A DNA stretch of 64,000 nt from NCBI RefSeq assembly GCF_052425735.1, contig NC_135768.1, positions 16,678,001 to 16,742,000 of the forward strand, given 5' to 3'. The notes under the pieces are model-generated. The model saw only the letters and a list, made by a program, of their open reading frames with translations, ran no database searches and was not told the origin of the DNA. The translations under genes were made by a program, and so were the position numbers. The stretch's first letter is position 1. Each line of letters opens with the position of its first letter. This DNA is from Oculina patagonica. Its lineage: Eukaryota. Shown in pieces: positions 36,111 through 49,125 of this stretch.

Positions 36111-37364
36111 GTTATTTTTAATTTACCAAATAAAAGAAGTTTACGAATCATAGACAAACTATGGACCTTATCACGGGAAGGCCAGAATGAATCGTTATAT
36201 ATACAGTCAAAACTTCATCTGCTATCTTATCCGAATTGTTTTGTTAGTAAGACCGTGAAGGATAAATTAAAAAGCCCTTCCAAATTTAATGCCATTTATT
36301 AATTTTAATTTTGATTTTAATGGCTTTCACTGTTCAATCAATTTCAAAATTGCTTTCAAACGTATCATCGCGTGATTCATTTCAACAACTATAAGACTGA
36401 AAGCGCAGAGACCTCAGCCACTAAGCGTTCATCAGTCATGTCTTCAACACTTCTAATTTTCAACCTGATTATTTTTTTTAATATCTGTTTTATACCAGCA
36501 TGCATAACAGTGGTGACAGAACAGACTAAAAAAATCTGGGTCCTCATTCCTGGATCTCTCAAGAGGATCCTTGTGGGGTGAGACGTCATGTCATGAACAT
36601 CCAAGAAAAGGAAACAAAAAAGGCAGGTGAATATGAAAGGAAAGTGCGACAAAGTTCCCACTTTCAACACGAAGTATTATATTTTGCTATGAAAAATGGG
36701 GCTGACGACAAATTAAAGGAAATAGTTTGTCCACGAAAACTAACGGAAGTGGTATACCGAATGTAACTGATTAATGCAAAAAAAAAAGCAAACAAACAAA
36801 CAAAAAAACTTGTTCTGGATGTGAAACTTCGAATTTTCCCAAATGCGTTCAATTTGCAGCACAGCCTTTGCTGTATTTATTAGCCTGTATTTTTAAAAGA
36901 AATCTTCACAGCTGGCTTATTCAATTATCTCTTTATTGACAAATTAATTTGCTGATCACTTGCTAAGAGTCATGCTGCTCCAATCTTTTGTCTTGCGCAA
37001 GCAAAACAGCCACCCTTAATTTTCCCAAATTAAAATCGAATAAATTAGCCACCGTGTAGTGGACAATGCCGCTATGTAAACACAAATCCAGCTGTCGCTG
37101 AAGAGATGTTTCTTTCTTTCTTGTTTCTAAATACGGAGGTAATCGACACTCGAACTCTTTGGAGATCCTTAAATGAAACTTGCTAGTTATGTAAGCCTCT
37201 TTGGGACTTGAATCATCGACCACTTAAACTGTTTATGTGACAGGCAGCAGGCAAATGCGATAAAAATACTTCTCAAGTTGAGACAACATTATAGAGCTGT
37301 GCATATCGACTATTGCACCATAAAGGAGGTTCGTTACTTTAAACGTGAGAGAGAGAACGCAAAG

Positions 37365-38264
37365 ATGGGAAACCAATCACAAATTGACAATTCAAGCGAT
37401 ATGGGCAAAAGTGACTCTCGTCCGGAAACTATTGTCATCATAAACTGTGTCCTGAATGGACCCTTGATGCTCATATCAATTATTGGCAACACTCTGGTGC
37501 TAGTCGCCATATTGAGAACTCCTTCGCTTCGTTCCCCGTCCACAATTTTGCTCTGCAATTTGGCTATTTCGGACCTTCTGGTTGCGTTTTTCGTGCAACC
37601 GCTTTACATCACTTACGAAGTAACGAAAAATCGGTCGCTGTACCAGGCAGTAAACGCAATGGCATTTTCAGTTTGTGGAGTGTCACTCTCAGCAATGACA
37701 GCCATAAGTGTGGATCGGTTCTTGGCTCTTCATTATTACATGCGATATCCGAATTTGATGACTACACATCGTGCTTTATATACATCAGCAACTCTTTGGC
37801 TTATTAGCATTCTGTTATCATTTTTAAATTTTTGGAAAAGCAGTGCAAATCATTTTGCTATGGTTTTTAGTATTATTCTTTGTCTTTCAGTTTCCACTAT
37901 TTCTTACATCCAAATTTATCGAATTGTCCGTCGACATCAGTTGCAAATTCAGGTTCAACAACAGGCAGTGGGATGTTTTAATGCTTAACATAATCAGAAT
38001 ATGCAGCGGTCGAAGAAAAGCGCTATCAACACTTTTATATATTATATAGTGATGATTCTATGTTATGCACCGTTGTTTATTACCATGCCAATTTTGGTTA
38101 TTTATCGTAATCGCTGGACAAGCGCGTGGAACTTTGTCGATACTGTAGCATTTATGAACTCGTCCATCAACCCATTTTTGTATTGCTGGCGTATTCGTGA
38201 GCTTCGAACGGCAGTTGTAAAGACAGCAAAGCAGATGTTATGTAAACAGACGGAGGAAAACTAG
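37365..38264 (+). pseudogene. GPCR with a single in-frame stop in ICL3 (TAA 37986-37988)
   Basis: ORFs 37278 and 38001 are in the same frame; NA*HNQNM vs NAEHNQNM in the 61166 paralog (GAA>TAA). Confidence 0.88.
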
Positions 38265-39840
38265 CTAACTCAAGGAGTTAAAGTTCATTTATAGTTTCTC
38301 CTCAGCGGAAACTAAAATGATATCTAAGTAAAAATCCTAAATTTATTTTTTTTATATATTTTTCAACATGTTTCGGTTTTGTATCGATAGACTAAAGTAA
38401 ACGCAATGGCATAATAATTTAACGAGAAGAGGCTGGATCTCATTGATATCAATGATATCAGACCATCATTTCATAAACACTGAATCAAGATAATGGAAGG
38501 AAACTTATGGTTGTCTAATTGCACTATTTGCAAAAGTTCTTCATAACTGACCAAACGTAACAATGCCCCTAGCCCTAGTTACAAAGAGGTGCAGATTAGG
38601 CTAACGAAAATTAATAAAAATACAGCTTTTAAGTAGTGCTAACTAACTCGGCAGGTGAATATGAAATAATGAAAACTAAAAAAAAACATATATATATTTG
38701 GTAATGGAAAAATGAAGATAATGGAAAATTCAAGGACGGTAGTTTCATAGGAAAATTGGTAAAAACGTTTTGTTCAAAGTGGTAGAGAAAATTTCGTCAC
38801 TTTCGGCAAAAAAATTGTTGTTCTGAACGTGCAATTCGTCCTCAGTCCCTGAAAGGTAAGGAAACGTTGCATTTTGTAGCTTGTATTGTAAATGAAAAGT
38901 CGCCACATAACGGCATCAAGTTACCATCTTAAGTAAAATTTATTTTTATCATTTACATAGAGTCATGTTGCTCTTACCTTTCGCTTTAGTCGGCTAAGTA
39001 GCTCTATCTTAACAGTTCTAGTTTTCTTTTAAAAGGTTCTTGGTTCTTTTGCTCTTAACACCAGGCTATGTCAATATAAATTCGGCTCTCGCTGAAGAAG
39101 CCTTCTTTGCCAGTTTAAAAAAAACGGAAGGCCAGAATACGACAATCGAAACTTTTGAAAGGATATTCGCTGTGCTACTTATTCCATCTCTACACTTCAG
39201 CAGGCTAATTCCTTGCTTAGAGATAAGCATGTCTCAATCAAAACCTTAATAAAAGAGTAATCATTTCGAGCTACATTTTCGACCCCCATTTTCGGCTTAA
39301 AGTGTACAAGATTTATGCAGACCGACACCTAATGTGAAAGTATGTTTAGGTGAAACATGTTTTCCGCCGTTGAAACAATTTAATGTTTTTTTTTTCATTG
39401 AAACATTTTGGGTTTAACGTGAACACGGCTTTAGACTTCAGCTCTCGACTACAATGTGTTAAATTTCTAACACAACTTACGGTGAATTCAGTAACAGCTG
39501 CCTAACATATTATTACCTTAAGACATGTTTGCTAACTGACTTGCAAATTTCGAGCATCAAAGCGACATTTGGTTTCCGCTAATAACATTTTGAAGCAAAA
39601 GATCACTTCATTTTAAACATCTGTCAGCAGGTACTTAATGTTCTTATGTCAACGAATATTCGTCTGAAGAAGTGACTAGTCTCTCTTACCGGATTATACA
39701 TTAAGATGCAATTAATGGTTGGGGCCTAGAGAAGCATACGCTGAACCCTTCTTAATACGCATCATCTACTGCAGCAGGTTGATTTTAGCCAAATACGAAA
39801 ACGCGTGCGACAATTTCAAAGAGGAAGAGAGTGTGCGAAG

Positions 39841-40733
39841 ATGGCAACCTTAACAGAGACTAATAGTTCCTGCAGTACGGGCAATAATTTTCGTCCTGAA
39901 ACGATTGTCATCATAAACTGCGCACTGAATGCTCCACTGATACCCATATCCATTATTGGCAACACTCTGGTGCTGGCCGCCATATTGAAAACTCCTTCGC
40001 TACGTTCACCGTCCACTGTGTTCTTATGTAGTCTGGCTGTATCAGACCTTCTAGTTGGCCTAGTCGTACAACCAGTTTACATTGCTCGCCTATTCACCGC
40101 TGATTTGCTGCACAAGATAAGTGATACTGTGGCCTTTGCTGCATGTGGTGTTTCGCTCTTAACTATAACAGCCGTAAGTGTGGATCGGTTCTTGGCTCTT
40201 CATTATCACATGCGATATCCGAATTTGATGAGCACATATCGTGCTATGTATATATGTGCAATTATTTGGTTGATCAGCTTTCTGTTGTCTTTTTTACCTT
40301 TCTGGAGAATGAATGCTTATCATTTTGTCATAGCCTTTAGTATAATCGCTTGCCTTTTGTTTCTTCTTTTTGTTACATTAGAATTTATCGAATAGTTCGT
40401 CAGCATCAGTTACAAATTCACGTTCAACAACAGGCTGTGGAAAGTTTAAACGCTGAAAATAATCAGAACATGCAGCGATCGACGAAAAGTGCCAAGAACA
40501 CATTTATATATTACACTGTGATGATTCTGTGTTATACCCCGGTGTTTATTTCCATGTCCATTTTAGTTATCACGCCTCATCACTGGACACAAGCTTGGAA
40601 CTTAACTGATACTGCAGCATTTATGAACTCGTCCATTAATCCGTTTCTGTATTGCTGGCGTCTTAGCGAACTTCGAACAGCAGTTGTAAAGACAATAAAT
40701 CAGGCGTTGTGCAAGCAAGCAGAGGAAAACTAA
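39841..40733 (+). pseudogene. GPCR with a single 1-bp frameshift in TM5 (about 40360)
   Basis: Otherwise complete; close paralog of intact 58545; TGCCTTTTGTTTCTTCTTTTTGTTAC is one base shorter than the family consensus. Confidence 0.82.
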
Positions 40734-40835
40734 AAGATAATAAAAATAGTATACTGATCATTGCGACAAGGTTTAAAAAATAAACGATCTTTATATTGTG
40801 CCCAATCGTAGTTTTCCAGTTCAGTTTATAAAAAA

Positions 40836-41135
40836 AAACGCGTGCCCAGGGTCTTCGTTCTCCTTGATCAGTGGTCGGGAAACGATCGACCCTGGGAAGT
40901 TCCTGCAGTACGGGCAAGAGATTGGATTGGAGATCCGAAAATATCAGACTTCCGGTTCAATTTCGCTTGCCTAGCGTTCAAAAGAATGTCTCAACGAACT
41001 TTTTGGTGTTTTACTTCCGGCCATTTTTGATGTTTTAAAACACCAATTAAGATTGATTCTGCGACGAAACTTTCGAGAGCCGCTCGTTTTGTCACGCTTG
41101 CGCAGTAAAGAACGAATACTCGGGGTACGAGATTG
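40836..41135. mobile_element. MITE of about 300 bp with CTCGTACCC-type TIRs
   Basis: CGCGTGCCCAGGGTCTTCGTTC...GAACGAATACTCGGGGTACGAG; mirrored copy at 58156-58435. Confidence 0.75.
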
Positions 41136-41174
41136 TAGGGGAAAAAAACTAGCCAACATAAGCGATCACCTTGA

Positions 41175-41250
41175 AACCAAAGAACGAGAGAACCAGAGAA
41201 TCAGAGAACCAGAGAACCAAGAGAGCCGGAGAATCAAAGAATCAGAAAAC
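41175..41250. repeat. Short AGAGAACC/AGAGAATC 8-mer tandem repeat
   Basis: GAGAGAACCAGAGAATCAGAGAACCAGAGAACCAAGAG; a reverse-strand version lies near 58070-58135. Confidence 0.7.
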
Positions 41251-42758
41251 TAAATATTTGATAAAAACGAATTGATTATTTATATTTCATTTTTTGTGTC
41301 CTTTTGGAGAAATTGTGACGTCAGTTGTGGCTATTACACGCGAGATCAGCCTCATTCTTCACCGCGATATAAAGACATGCAGTAATTACAACTTATTAAA
41401 ACACATGTTTCCGAGAATTTCAAAGTTTCCCGAGACAGAGCCGGATGAAACATTAATGTATGAGTTCCTTCAGCTAGTGCAAGTTCTCATAAAACACCAG
41501 AACTTGAAATTTTTGTGCCAAAAAAGGAAAACAAAAAGAAAATGAAGATTTTGTGAACTGGAGATTATGAGGTCAATTTTTTTCCCTGAGTCGAGAAGAA
41601 AATTATTCTCTTACAGCCTCATTAAAATGTAACGTGAAATATTTGTCACGTAACAAGCGAAAGCTTTTTTTTTAAGTTTTCTATAGACTGCACGTCCTGA
41701 TCTTGAAAATAATTACATCGCCAACGGTTGTAGCAAACACTGAAATCTATATTTACTTAAAATAAAGCCAGCTAATAAATTTTCTTTACAATTTAAAACT
41801 TCAAGAACATGACCTCATGCTGGTTTAGTTAGAGTAAATTGGATGTAAACTAGCTGCAGTGTACGATTTTGTTTTGAATTTTAATTTAAATTTATTTTCC
41901 ATGCTCTGATGTCAATAAATGTTGTAAGTTAGTTTTATTTAGAATATTTCGTTTGTTGCTTTTGGTTTGACCTTTATTCATTTAATGTTTAGGTTCGGTT
42001 TGTAATTACTCAAGGAAGAATTAAACTAAACTGCATTTAAATTTCGGAAAGGGGTAGTAAAGAAAAGGCTGTTCTACTATTCGGTTTTGTCACGTTACCT
42101 TAAAACTCGGATCCTCTAACTTTAATTGAAATAGCTGTATGTTAAAAGGCATTGTTTTAATCTAGCCGCGAAAATTAGGAAAAATATTTTTCGTTTTGAA
42201 AAACATTCAATGCAATATAACATTTTTCTCGCTTCCAACCAGTGACTTAGACTTCAATTCTCGCTTAATGTTTTAAATTTCTTACACAGCCCACGCTGCA
42301 TTTAATTACTTGAATTATTTATGGGAAGTACAGTTTGCCAGCTGGGTAAAAAATTACCATCTTTAGACATGTTTGCGAACTGACTTACAAAGGAGGCGTG
42401 TTCGTCGGGCTCATCTTTAATTTGAATTTCGAGCATCGTAGCGACCTTTCATTTCCTTTATAAAAACATTTTGAAGTAATAGAAATCAAGAATCTGTCAC
42501 CAGGCACCATTTTGTTCTGTCAAATTATATCCGTCTTAAGAAGTGCTTCTCTTTTTTTGCCGGTTTATATGAAATGTAGTTAATTTACTGTCGGGCTTAT
42601 GGAGGCATATGTTGCTTTCTTATCAGAGAGGTAGGTAGTCTTTGTTGAAAGATGCTTACTGCCCAGCGGGCTTATTCCATTCAAATATGAAAAACATCGG
42701 CTGAAGGTTTAAAACTTAATGAATGGATGAAAAACATTATTAACGAGTGTGTGCGAAG

Positions 42759-43766
42759 ATGGTAAACCTAACAGAGACTAATTATTCAGGCACTAGCGGC
42801 AATAACTCTCGTCCTGAAGCAATTGTGATCATCAACTGTATCCTGAACGGTCCACTGATATTCGTGGCAATTATTGGAAACACTCTGGTGCTAGCCGCCA
42901 TATTGAGAACTCCTTCGCTTCGTTCACCGTCCACATCCTTGCTATGCAGTTTGGCTGTGTCAGACCTTCTCGTTGGTTTTGTCGTACAACCGGTGTATAT
43001 TTCGTACAGACTAACGCAAAATGACTCCCTGTATAAGGTGCTGACCATTACGGCCTTTTCTGCATGTGGTGTTTCACTCTTTACAATGACAGCCATAAGT
43101 GTGGATCGCTTCATGGCCCTTCATTATCACATGCGATATCCGATTTTGATGACCACCAGACGCGCTATTTATACATCAGCAGTTCTTTGGTTCATAAGCT
43201 TTTTGCTGTCATTACTTTCCTTTTGGAAAATGACTTCTTATTACTTTGCTATGGGATTTAGCATTGCCATTTGCCTTTTAATTTCTACCGTTTGTTACAT
43301 GCGGATCTATCTAATTGTTAGACGGCATCAGCTTCAGATTCACGTTCAACAACAGGCTGTGGACAATTTGAATACTGAAAATAATCAAAACATTCGTCGA
43401 TCGACTAAAAGTGCGAAAAGCACTTTCATATATTACATCGTGATGATTATGTGTTATACCCCACTTTTTATTACTATGTCAATTTTATTTATTTCCCCTC
43501 GTCATTGGACAAGCCCTTGGTACTTTACTGATACCGTGGCATTTATGAACTCGTCTATCAATCCATTTTTGTATTGTTGGCGTCTTCGCGAGCTTAGAAC
43601 GGCAGTTGTAAAGACAGCAAGGCATATGATATGTAAACAGACAGAGCACAACAAGGAACAACGTATAAGAATTTCAAAGTCGACCCAGTCGAATGGAAGC
43701 GAAAATGGAAGTGGCACTGAACAAAGTGTTTTGGTATCAGCCTTAAAAATTGAATCTTTAAAATGA
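42759..43766 (+). CDS. Intronless class A GPCR with an extended Ser/Thr-rich C-tail, 335 aa from the ATG
   Basis: All motifs intact; first ATG at 42759 (MVNLTETNYSG); reads through the usual stop position. Confidence 0.92.
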   Translation: MVNLTETNYSGTSGNNSRPEAIVIINCILNGPLIFVAIIGNTLVLAAILRTPSLRSPSTSLLCSLAVSDLLVGFVVQPVYISYRLTQNDSLYKVLTITAFSACGVSLFTMTAISVDRFMALHYHMRYPILMTTRRAIYTSAVLWFISFLLSLLSFWKMTSYYFAMGFSIAICLLISTVCYMRIYLIVRRHQLQIHVQQQAVDNLNTENNQNIRRSTKSAKSTFIYYIVMIMCYTPLFITMSILFISPRHWTSPWYFTDTVAFMNSSINPFLYCWRLRELRTAVVKTARHMICKQTEHNKEQRIRISKSTQSNGSENGSGTEQSVLVSALKIESLK

Positions 43767-44760
43767 CTCACTGTTTGCCAACATATTGTCACGTGAAATC
43801 CGGTAGGTTGGTAGCTTCAAAAAAAAGGTATATCAATTTACCTATCACGTAATGGACAAGGTGTCAATTAATCAAAGATTCATTCATTTAACAACGAAAA
43901 GCTATAAACTAAAGGCACTTGATAAAAAACGGTTGTGTAACTAGCTTAAAAATTATTACTTTTGCCATTTTTTTTCGTTTTAAAATACGAATTAAGAAGT
44001 ATAAGACGCAAAATCCTAGAACACTTTTGGATAATATGTAAGTAATTGGGAAAGGAGCCTAAAATTCAAGTGTCACCTCTAGTAATTAACTCACATTCAA
44101 AATTTTTTGCAGTTATTATCCAATTAGAAGCTGAGGTGATGAATTGCTGAATTGAATTGCCAACAGCTTTATTCAAAAAGGCCAGACGTTTAGAGGAACC
44201 CTTTCATCAGTTTTAACGAAAATGTCTGCCAAATTATTGAAAATACTGCTTTCCATAAACATTTTAATTAAACGTTCATGTTAAATTAGGAACGGATGAA
44301 GTTGACAGGAAATTGTGAAAGCATTTTGTTTAACTTAAAACAAAAAGTTGTTTGCCAGGCAAAAAAGTTACTTCAGGCCTAAAGTTACTTGTTGTTGTGC
44401 GTGACACTGGTTAAAGTTCGAAATTCGCTGAATGTGTTCGACTAAAACATCACATATGCTGTGTTATATATTAAGTGCTTTTATTTTACGTAGTAGGGTA
44501 TCGTCACAGTTAGCAAACATATTAGAATCTTTACACAAATTTTTCCTGATCGAAACAATGAATCATGGCAATCATGCTGTGCCGATCTTTACACACATAT
44601 ATAATTACTACCTTATGTTTCATTGAATACAGATTTAAAAAAAAAATATCCCTTGAACTCGAAACGTTGAAGCCGGGTCTAATGTTGCTATGTCAACAAA
44701 TATTTGTTGATCGCCGAGTCTTTATTACCTGTTTATAAATTCAGTGCAAGTATTGAACAA

Positions 44761-44929
44761 TAGACCATATTTGTGTTTTGGGTATTGGACTGGAACTAGC
44801 TTGCAATTGAGGCTAGTGGGAGAAACCCTTCAAATGTAAATGAAATCAAACTCCTTTTAATGTTTTTTCCCCCGCGTTAGCCTCCACTGCAAGCTAGTTC
44901 CAGTCCAATACCGAGAATACTAATATGGT
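44761..44929. mobile_element. MITE of about 170 bp
   Basis: GACCATATT..GGTATTGGACTGGAACTAGCTTGCA..GAGGCTA / TAGCCTC..TGCAAGCTAGTTCCAGTCCAATACC..AATATGGT inverted arms. Confidence 0.85.
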
Positions 44930-45966
44930 CACGTAGGGGCCAAACCACCCCCCAAATGTTTCATGAAACCTAATTTTGGTTATTTTCAACATTAATTTAC
45001 TTAACTTGTGGTGTTAGCTCAAATTGATGTCCACTTCATTTTAAGCTGAAGAATTTCTCAAAATTTCACATAGTGACGTCACAAAGGATGACGTCACAAA
45101 AACCAGTAAAGTAAAATTTTGAATTATTATTTAAAAAGTGTCTCATCTGAAAGTGGTTATCAAGGGGAGTAAAACACTGAAAACCGTTCATCGCTACGAT
45201 TTTTTATTCCCGAGTTATGGCCAGTTAAAAACAGATCAGTGTTCCCCCCGGAACTATAGGTTTCCATACTTTCTTTGTAAAAGTAATGTCCTTGGTATTT
45301 TTTTGTCAGTTTTTTTCCAGCTGAGCTGGTATTTTGGTAAAAGAGACTTCTTACTGTCCCTAAAAATCGTATGGTTTTAGTTTTTCCACTTTTGCCTCCA
45401 GGACAATAATATGGCAAAGGAATTATTGGTCACGTGACCTTTTATTACGTCACAAATCTGCTTTTATGCTTCCAGGAATTACAAAAAATCTTTTTTTCAT
45501 AATTTTCTTTTCCCTTCTACTTTCTGCATTTAATGCAACCAATGTGTAATGTAAATTGCACTACTATTAAGACAAAAAGGCAGTCAAATTTAGCTTTATT
45601 ACCGAAGGAGGAGGTCCCATTTATTGACTTTAAATTTTTCCAACTTTAAAATGTCATATCTCACCCAGTATTTGTCGTATGTACATACTTTTTTCGGTTT
45701 TCAACTTCTCTTGACGCGCTCTATCTTAAACAGTAGAAAAATTAAAACAATTCCAAACTTTAATTTTAAGAAAATATTACGTCATCAGTTATGACGTCAT
45801 ATAGTGACAAGTTCTACAAACAAGTCTTTCAAAATGATTGGCATGTTGTCTTATATTAACCTACCAAGTTTCGCAAGCATGCGTTCAACATCAACAAAGT
45901 TATTAAAAATCTCACCAAATACCCAATTTTAGATGAAACATTTGGGGGTGGTTTGGCCCCTACGTG
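44930..45966. mobile_element. Non-autonomous CACTA/EnSpm-like transposon
   Basis: TIR CACGTAGGGGCCAAACCACCCCC(C)AAATGTTTCAT / ATGAAACATTTGGGGGTGGTTTGGCCCCTACGTG; 3-bp TSD GGT (44927-44929, 45967-45969). Confidence 0.88.
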
Positions 45967-46016
45967 GGTTTTTGAAACTTCTAGAAATTTGAGCCTCTAT
46001 CTACTAGGAAAGCCAA

Positions 46017-46130
46017 GGAAAACGAAGCAGAAACTGATTTTCTCAAAAATGTTGGTCGAAATAGGACTCGTTCTAAAACTATTGGCATAATAAACTGTGT
46101 ACTAAATGCATCAGTGATGCTCATATCCGT
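46017..46130 (+). pseudogene. GPCR 5' relic (leader and start of TM1)
   Basis: AACGAAGCAGAAACTGATT..AAACTATTGGCATAATAAACTGTGTACTAAATGCATCAGTGATGCTCATATCC. Confidence 0.7.
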
Positions 46131-46947
46131 TAGAAAATGTTTCCAAATGTTTAGTAACCTAGCAGGATACTATCGAACGTTGAACAGTTACAAATTTGAT
46201 AACCTTGCCTTTGAAATAGGTTTTCTCTTTTTGCAAATTTCCATTGTACCAGTCAAAATGCAAATACATGTACATTTCACCAGGACGGACAATTGGAGTC
46301 TGGTTCTCATTACCGGGTCTCACGAGATGGCCCTTGATTGGTGTGGTAGCATTTCATAAATAATATAAACGAAACGATACTCAGCAGGAGGTGAATATGA
46401 AGAGAAAATGCTTACACTAGTCACGACAATCAATTTACATGTAAGCAAAAAGGGGACTGAAGCTTAACTAATTACCTATAAATTGGCTCTGACACACTTT
46501 TAAAAAAAATTTGTTAAAAATTTAAAAGGCGTTTTGCTCGGTCGATCTTTCCCATAAATACAATAGTTTTGATCGTATGTAAATCGCGTTATCATGCAGA
46601 TGCATTTGGCTAAAAAAGTCTTTTTTACTAGTTTATAAATGCAGGCTGCAGTTATCGACTGTCGAACATATGAAAACATATGTCTCTAGATACTTGCGTA
46701 GGCCCCTGAAAAACATTTTTAAAACTATAATCATTTGGTTTTTGTCTTTGACAGACAGTAAGGTATTCTGAAACTTATTACGCAAAACTTAATTTCTTAT
46801 ATTTCTTGGGCTGTTGTGTTGAATTTTATAACATATTTTTATTAACATTTTTGACCAAACACTCGAAAACACTGTGCTAAAACCTTAAAACTCAAGAATA
46901 CGTGCGGGAAGATTGCAAACGAATCAAAAACTGATTACTGAGGAAAT

Positions 46948-48360
46948 ATGGGCGATAATTGTCGTCCTGAAACTATTGGCATCATAAACTGTGTAGTGAA
47001 TGCTCCATTCATGGTCATATCCATTATTGGCAACACTCTGGTGCTAGCCGCCATATTAACTCTATTCAGACCGGGGGGGGGGGGGCTTTTGAGGCCCGCG
47101 CTGACTTTGAACTTTTATAACTTTTTTAAGATTTAACCAAACGCTGCCAGACATTCTGAGTTTTCCTAAAATTTATCTGGCAACAATTTGGTAGAGTTGG
47201 ATGATGTGTCAGGAACTTGACATCACCATGCCAACGGCATTTTGACAGGCATGTTTTCCCAAATTTGTAATTTTGCGTGTTTCTGTTAATAAAAATCGAC
47301 TTAAATGGAATTATTTTTACATTTTTACGGGTTTAAAACACATTTTTTTTTATTTTGAGTACTTTGCAGTGATTTTGGGTGGTTTTCTGGCATTTTGGAA
47401 AAATTTTGAAATCCAAGATGACGGATCCAAGATGGCGGCTGTTTTGACATCATGATGTAATTGTCACGTGATGTGACGTCACCATCCCACTTGACGTATA
47501 CCAAAAGAAAGAGTTTCGGACATACAATACATCCTATAAGTTTCATGGTGATTGCTTAAATATTCTGGAAGTTACATGGGGGGGGGGCTTCCGAAGCCCC
47601 CCCGGTCTGAGAAGGTCCAAAAAAGCCCAGTCTGAATAGGGTTAAGAACTCCTTCGCTACGTTCACCGTCCATAATTTTTCTCTGCAGTTTGGCCGTTTC
47701 AGCAGCCGGTTTACATTGCTACTAGACTAACGGGAGATCGTTCCCTGTATCTGGCACTGTCCGTATTGGCCTTTTCTCCATGTGGTGTTTCACTCTTTAT
47801 AATGGCAAGCATAAGTGTCGATCAGTTCTTGGCTCCTTATTATCACATGCGATATCCGAACTTGATAACTGCCAAACGTACTATATATACATCAGCAGTT
47901 CTTTGGTTTATTTGCTTCCTGTTATCACTCATATATTTTTGGAAAAGCAATGCTTATTACTTAGGTTTGGCTGTTAGTATTGTCATTTGCCTCTTAACTT
48001 GTACCGTTTGTTGCATCCCATATATCAGATTGTCAGAAAGCATCAGTTACAAATTCATGCCCAACGAGAGGTTGTGGAAAGTAATCAAAACGTGCAGCGA
48101 TCGACTAAAAGTGCCCTAAATACTTTTATATATTATCTCGTGATGGTTCTGTGTTATACTCCATTATTTATTTCCATGTTACGTTCGGCTATTTTTCCTA
48201 ATCACTGGACAAACACTTTGATCTTAGCAGATACTGCAGCATTTATGAACTCGTCCATCAATCCATTTTTGTATTGCTGGCGCCTTCGCGAGCTTCGAAC
48301 GGCCTTTACCAAGTTAAGACTGCAATGAAAATGTTATGTAAAGAAACGGAAGAAAACTAG
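46948..48360 (+). pseudogene. GPCR pseudogene disrupted by a MITE after TM1, plus a TM2 deletion, DQF and a frameshift
   Basis: VLAAIL | insertion | RTPSLRSPS continuity across 47060-47641; remainder in ORFs 47766 and 47987. Confidence 0.92.
47060..47641. mobile_element. piggyBac-like MITE with TTAA TSD
   Basis: TTAA 47056-47059 and 47642-47645; ends CTCTATTCAGAC / GTCTGAATAGGG; removing it restores the GPCR reading frame at that site. Confidence 0.92.
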
Positions 48361-48446
48361 ACAACCTTCCTGAGTACAAACTATTAAGGAATTTAATAAA
48401 GTTTTTCCCGCCTGAGCTAACAAGGAAATTTGGTCATTTTTACATG

Positions 48447-48733
48447 AGGCTGTGGAAAGTTTCGATGCTGAAAATAACCACAACATGAAGCAATGAAAAA
48501 GAAAAGCCATAAATACTTTTATATATTATATCAAAATGATTCTATACTATACTCTGTTATTTATGTCAATGTCAATTGTAGCTATTTTCCCTAATCAGTG
48601 GACACGCGTGGGCGCTAGGAGAGACTGCGTCGTCCTATTTTTGTATTGCTGGCGTCTTCACGAGCTTGGAACTTTAACGGTAGTTGTAAATACAGCAAAC
48701 TAGATGTTATGTAACCAAATCGAGGACAGCTAA
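48447..48733 (+). pseudogene. GPCR 3' fragment (ICL3-TM7-tail)
   Basis: AGGCTGTGGAAAGTTT..AATACTTTTATATATTATATC..TTTTTGTATTGCTGGCGTCTTC with stops and deletions. Confidence 0.82.
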
Positions 48734-48963
48734 CCAACTTTGTGCTTTGGTTTTTACTTATCGGCTTAAACTAAGTCACTCTCACTGTTTCGCCCCTCGC
48801 TGCTAGCATCACAAAATCTGTCACAGAATTAAATATGATGGCGCTAGTGTGGTCTTTTATTCAAAAACTCAGCAGATGCGAAGTAAGTGTTGAAAATTTG
48901 TTTTTGGCGGCGAAATCATGAAAATGCACTCATAGCAGTAAAGTCTTGAAAATTTACTAATAG

Positions 48964-49125
48964 CAGGCCAATTCTTGAAAATACAATATTGGTGGGCCAA
49001 TTCTTGAAAAAACAATATTGGTAGGCCAATTCTTGAAAATACAATATCGTTAGGCCGAAACTTGAAAATAACATATTGGCAGGCCAAATGTAAAAAATTT
49101 AATATTTAGCAGGCCAAATCACGAA
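48964..49125. repeat. Minisatellite of about 29 bp, 5-6 copies
   Basis: AGGCCAATTCTTGAAAATACAATATTGGT variants in tandem. Confidence 0.85.

Noticed and set aside
37986-37988. Programmed readthrough or selenocysteine recoding of internal stops
   Set aside because: The stops are TAA, occur at different positions in different copies and are single-base changes from the paralog codon
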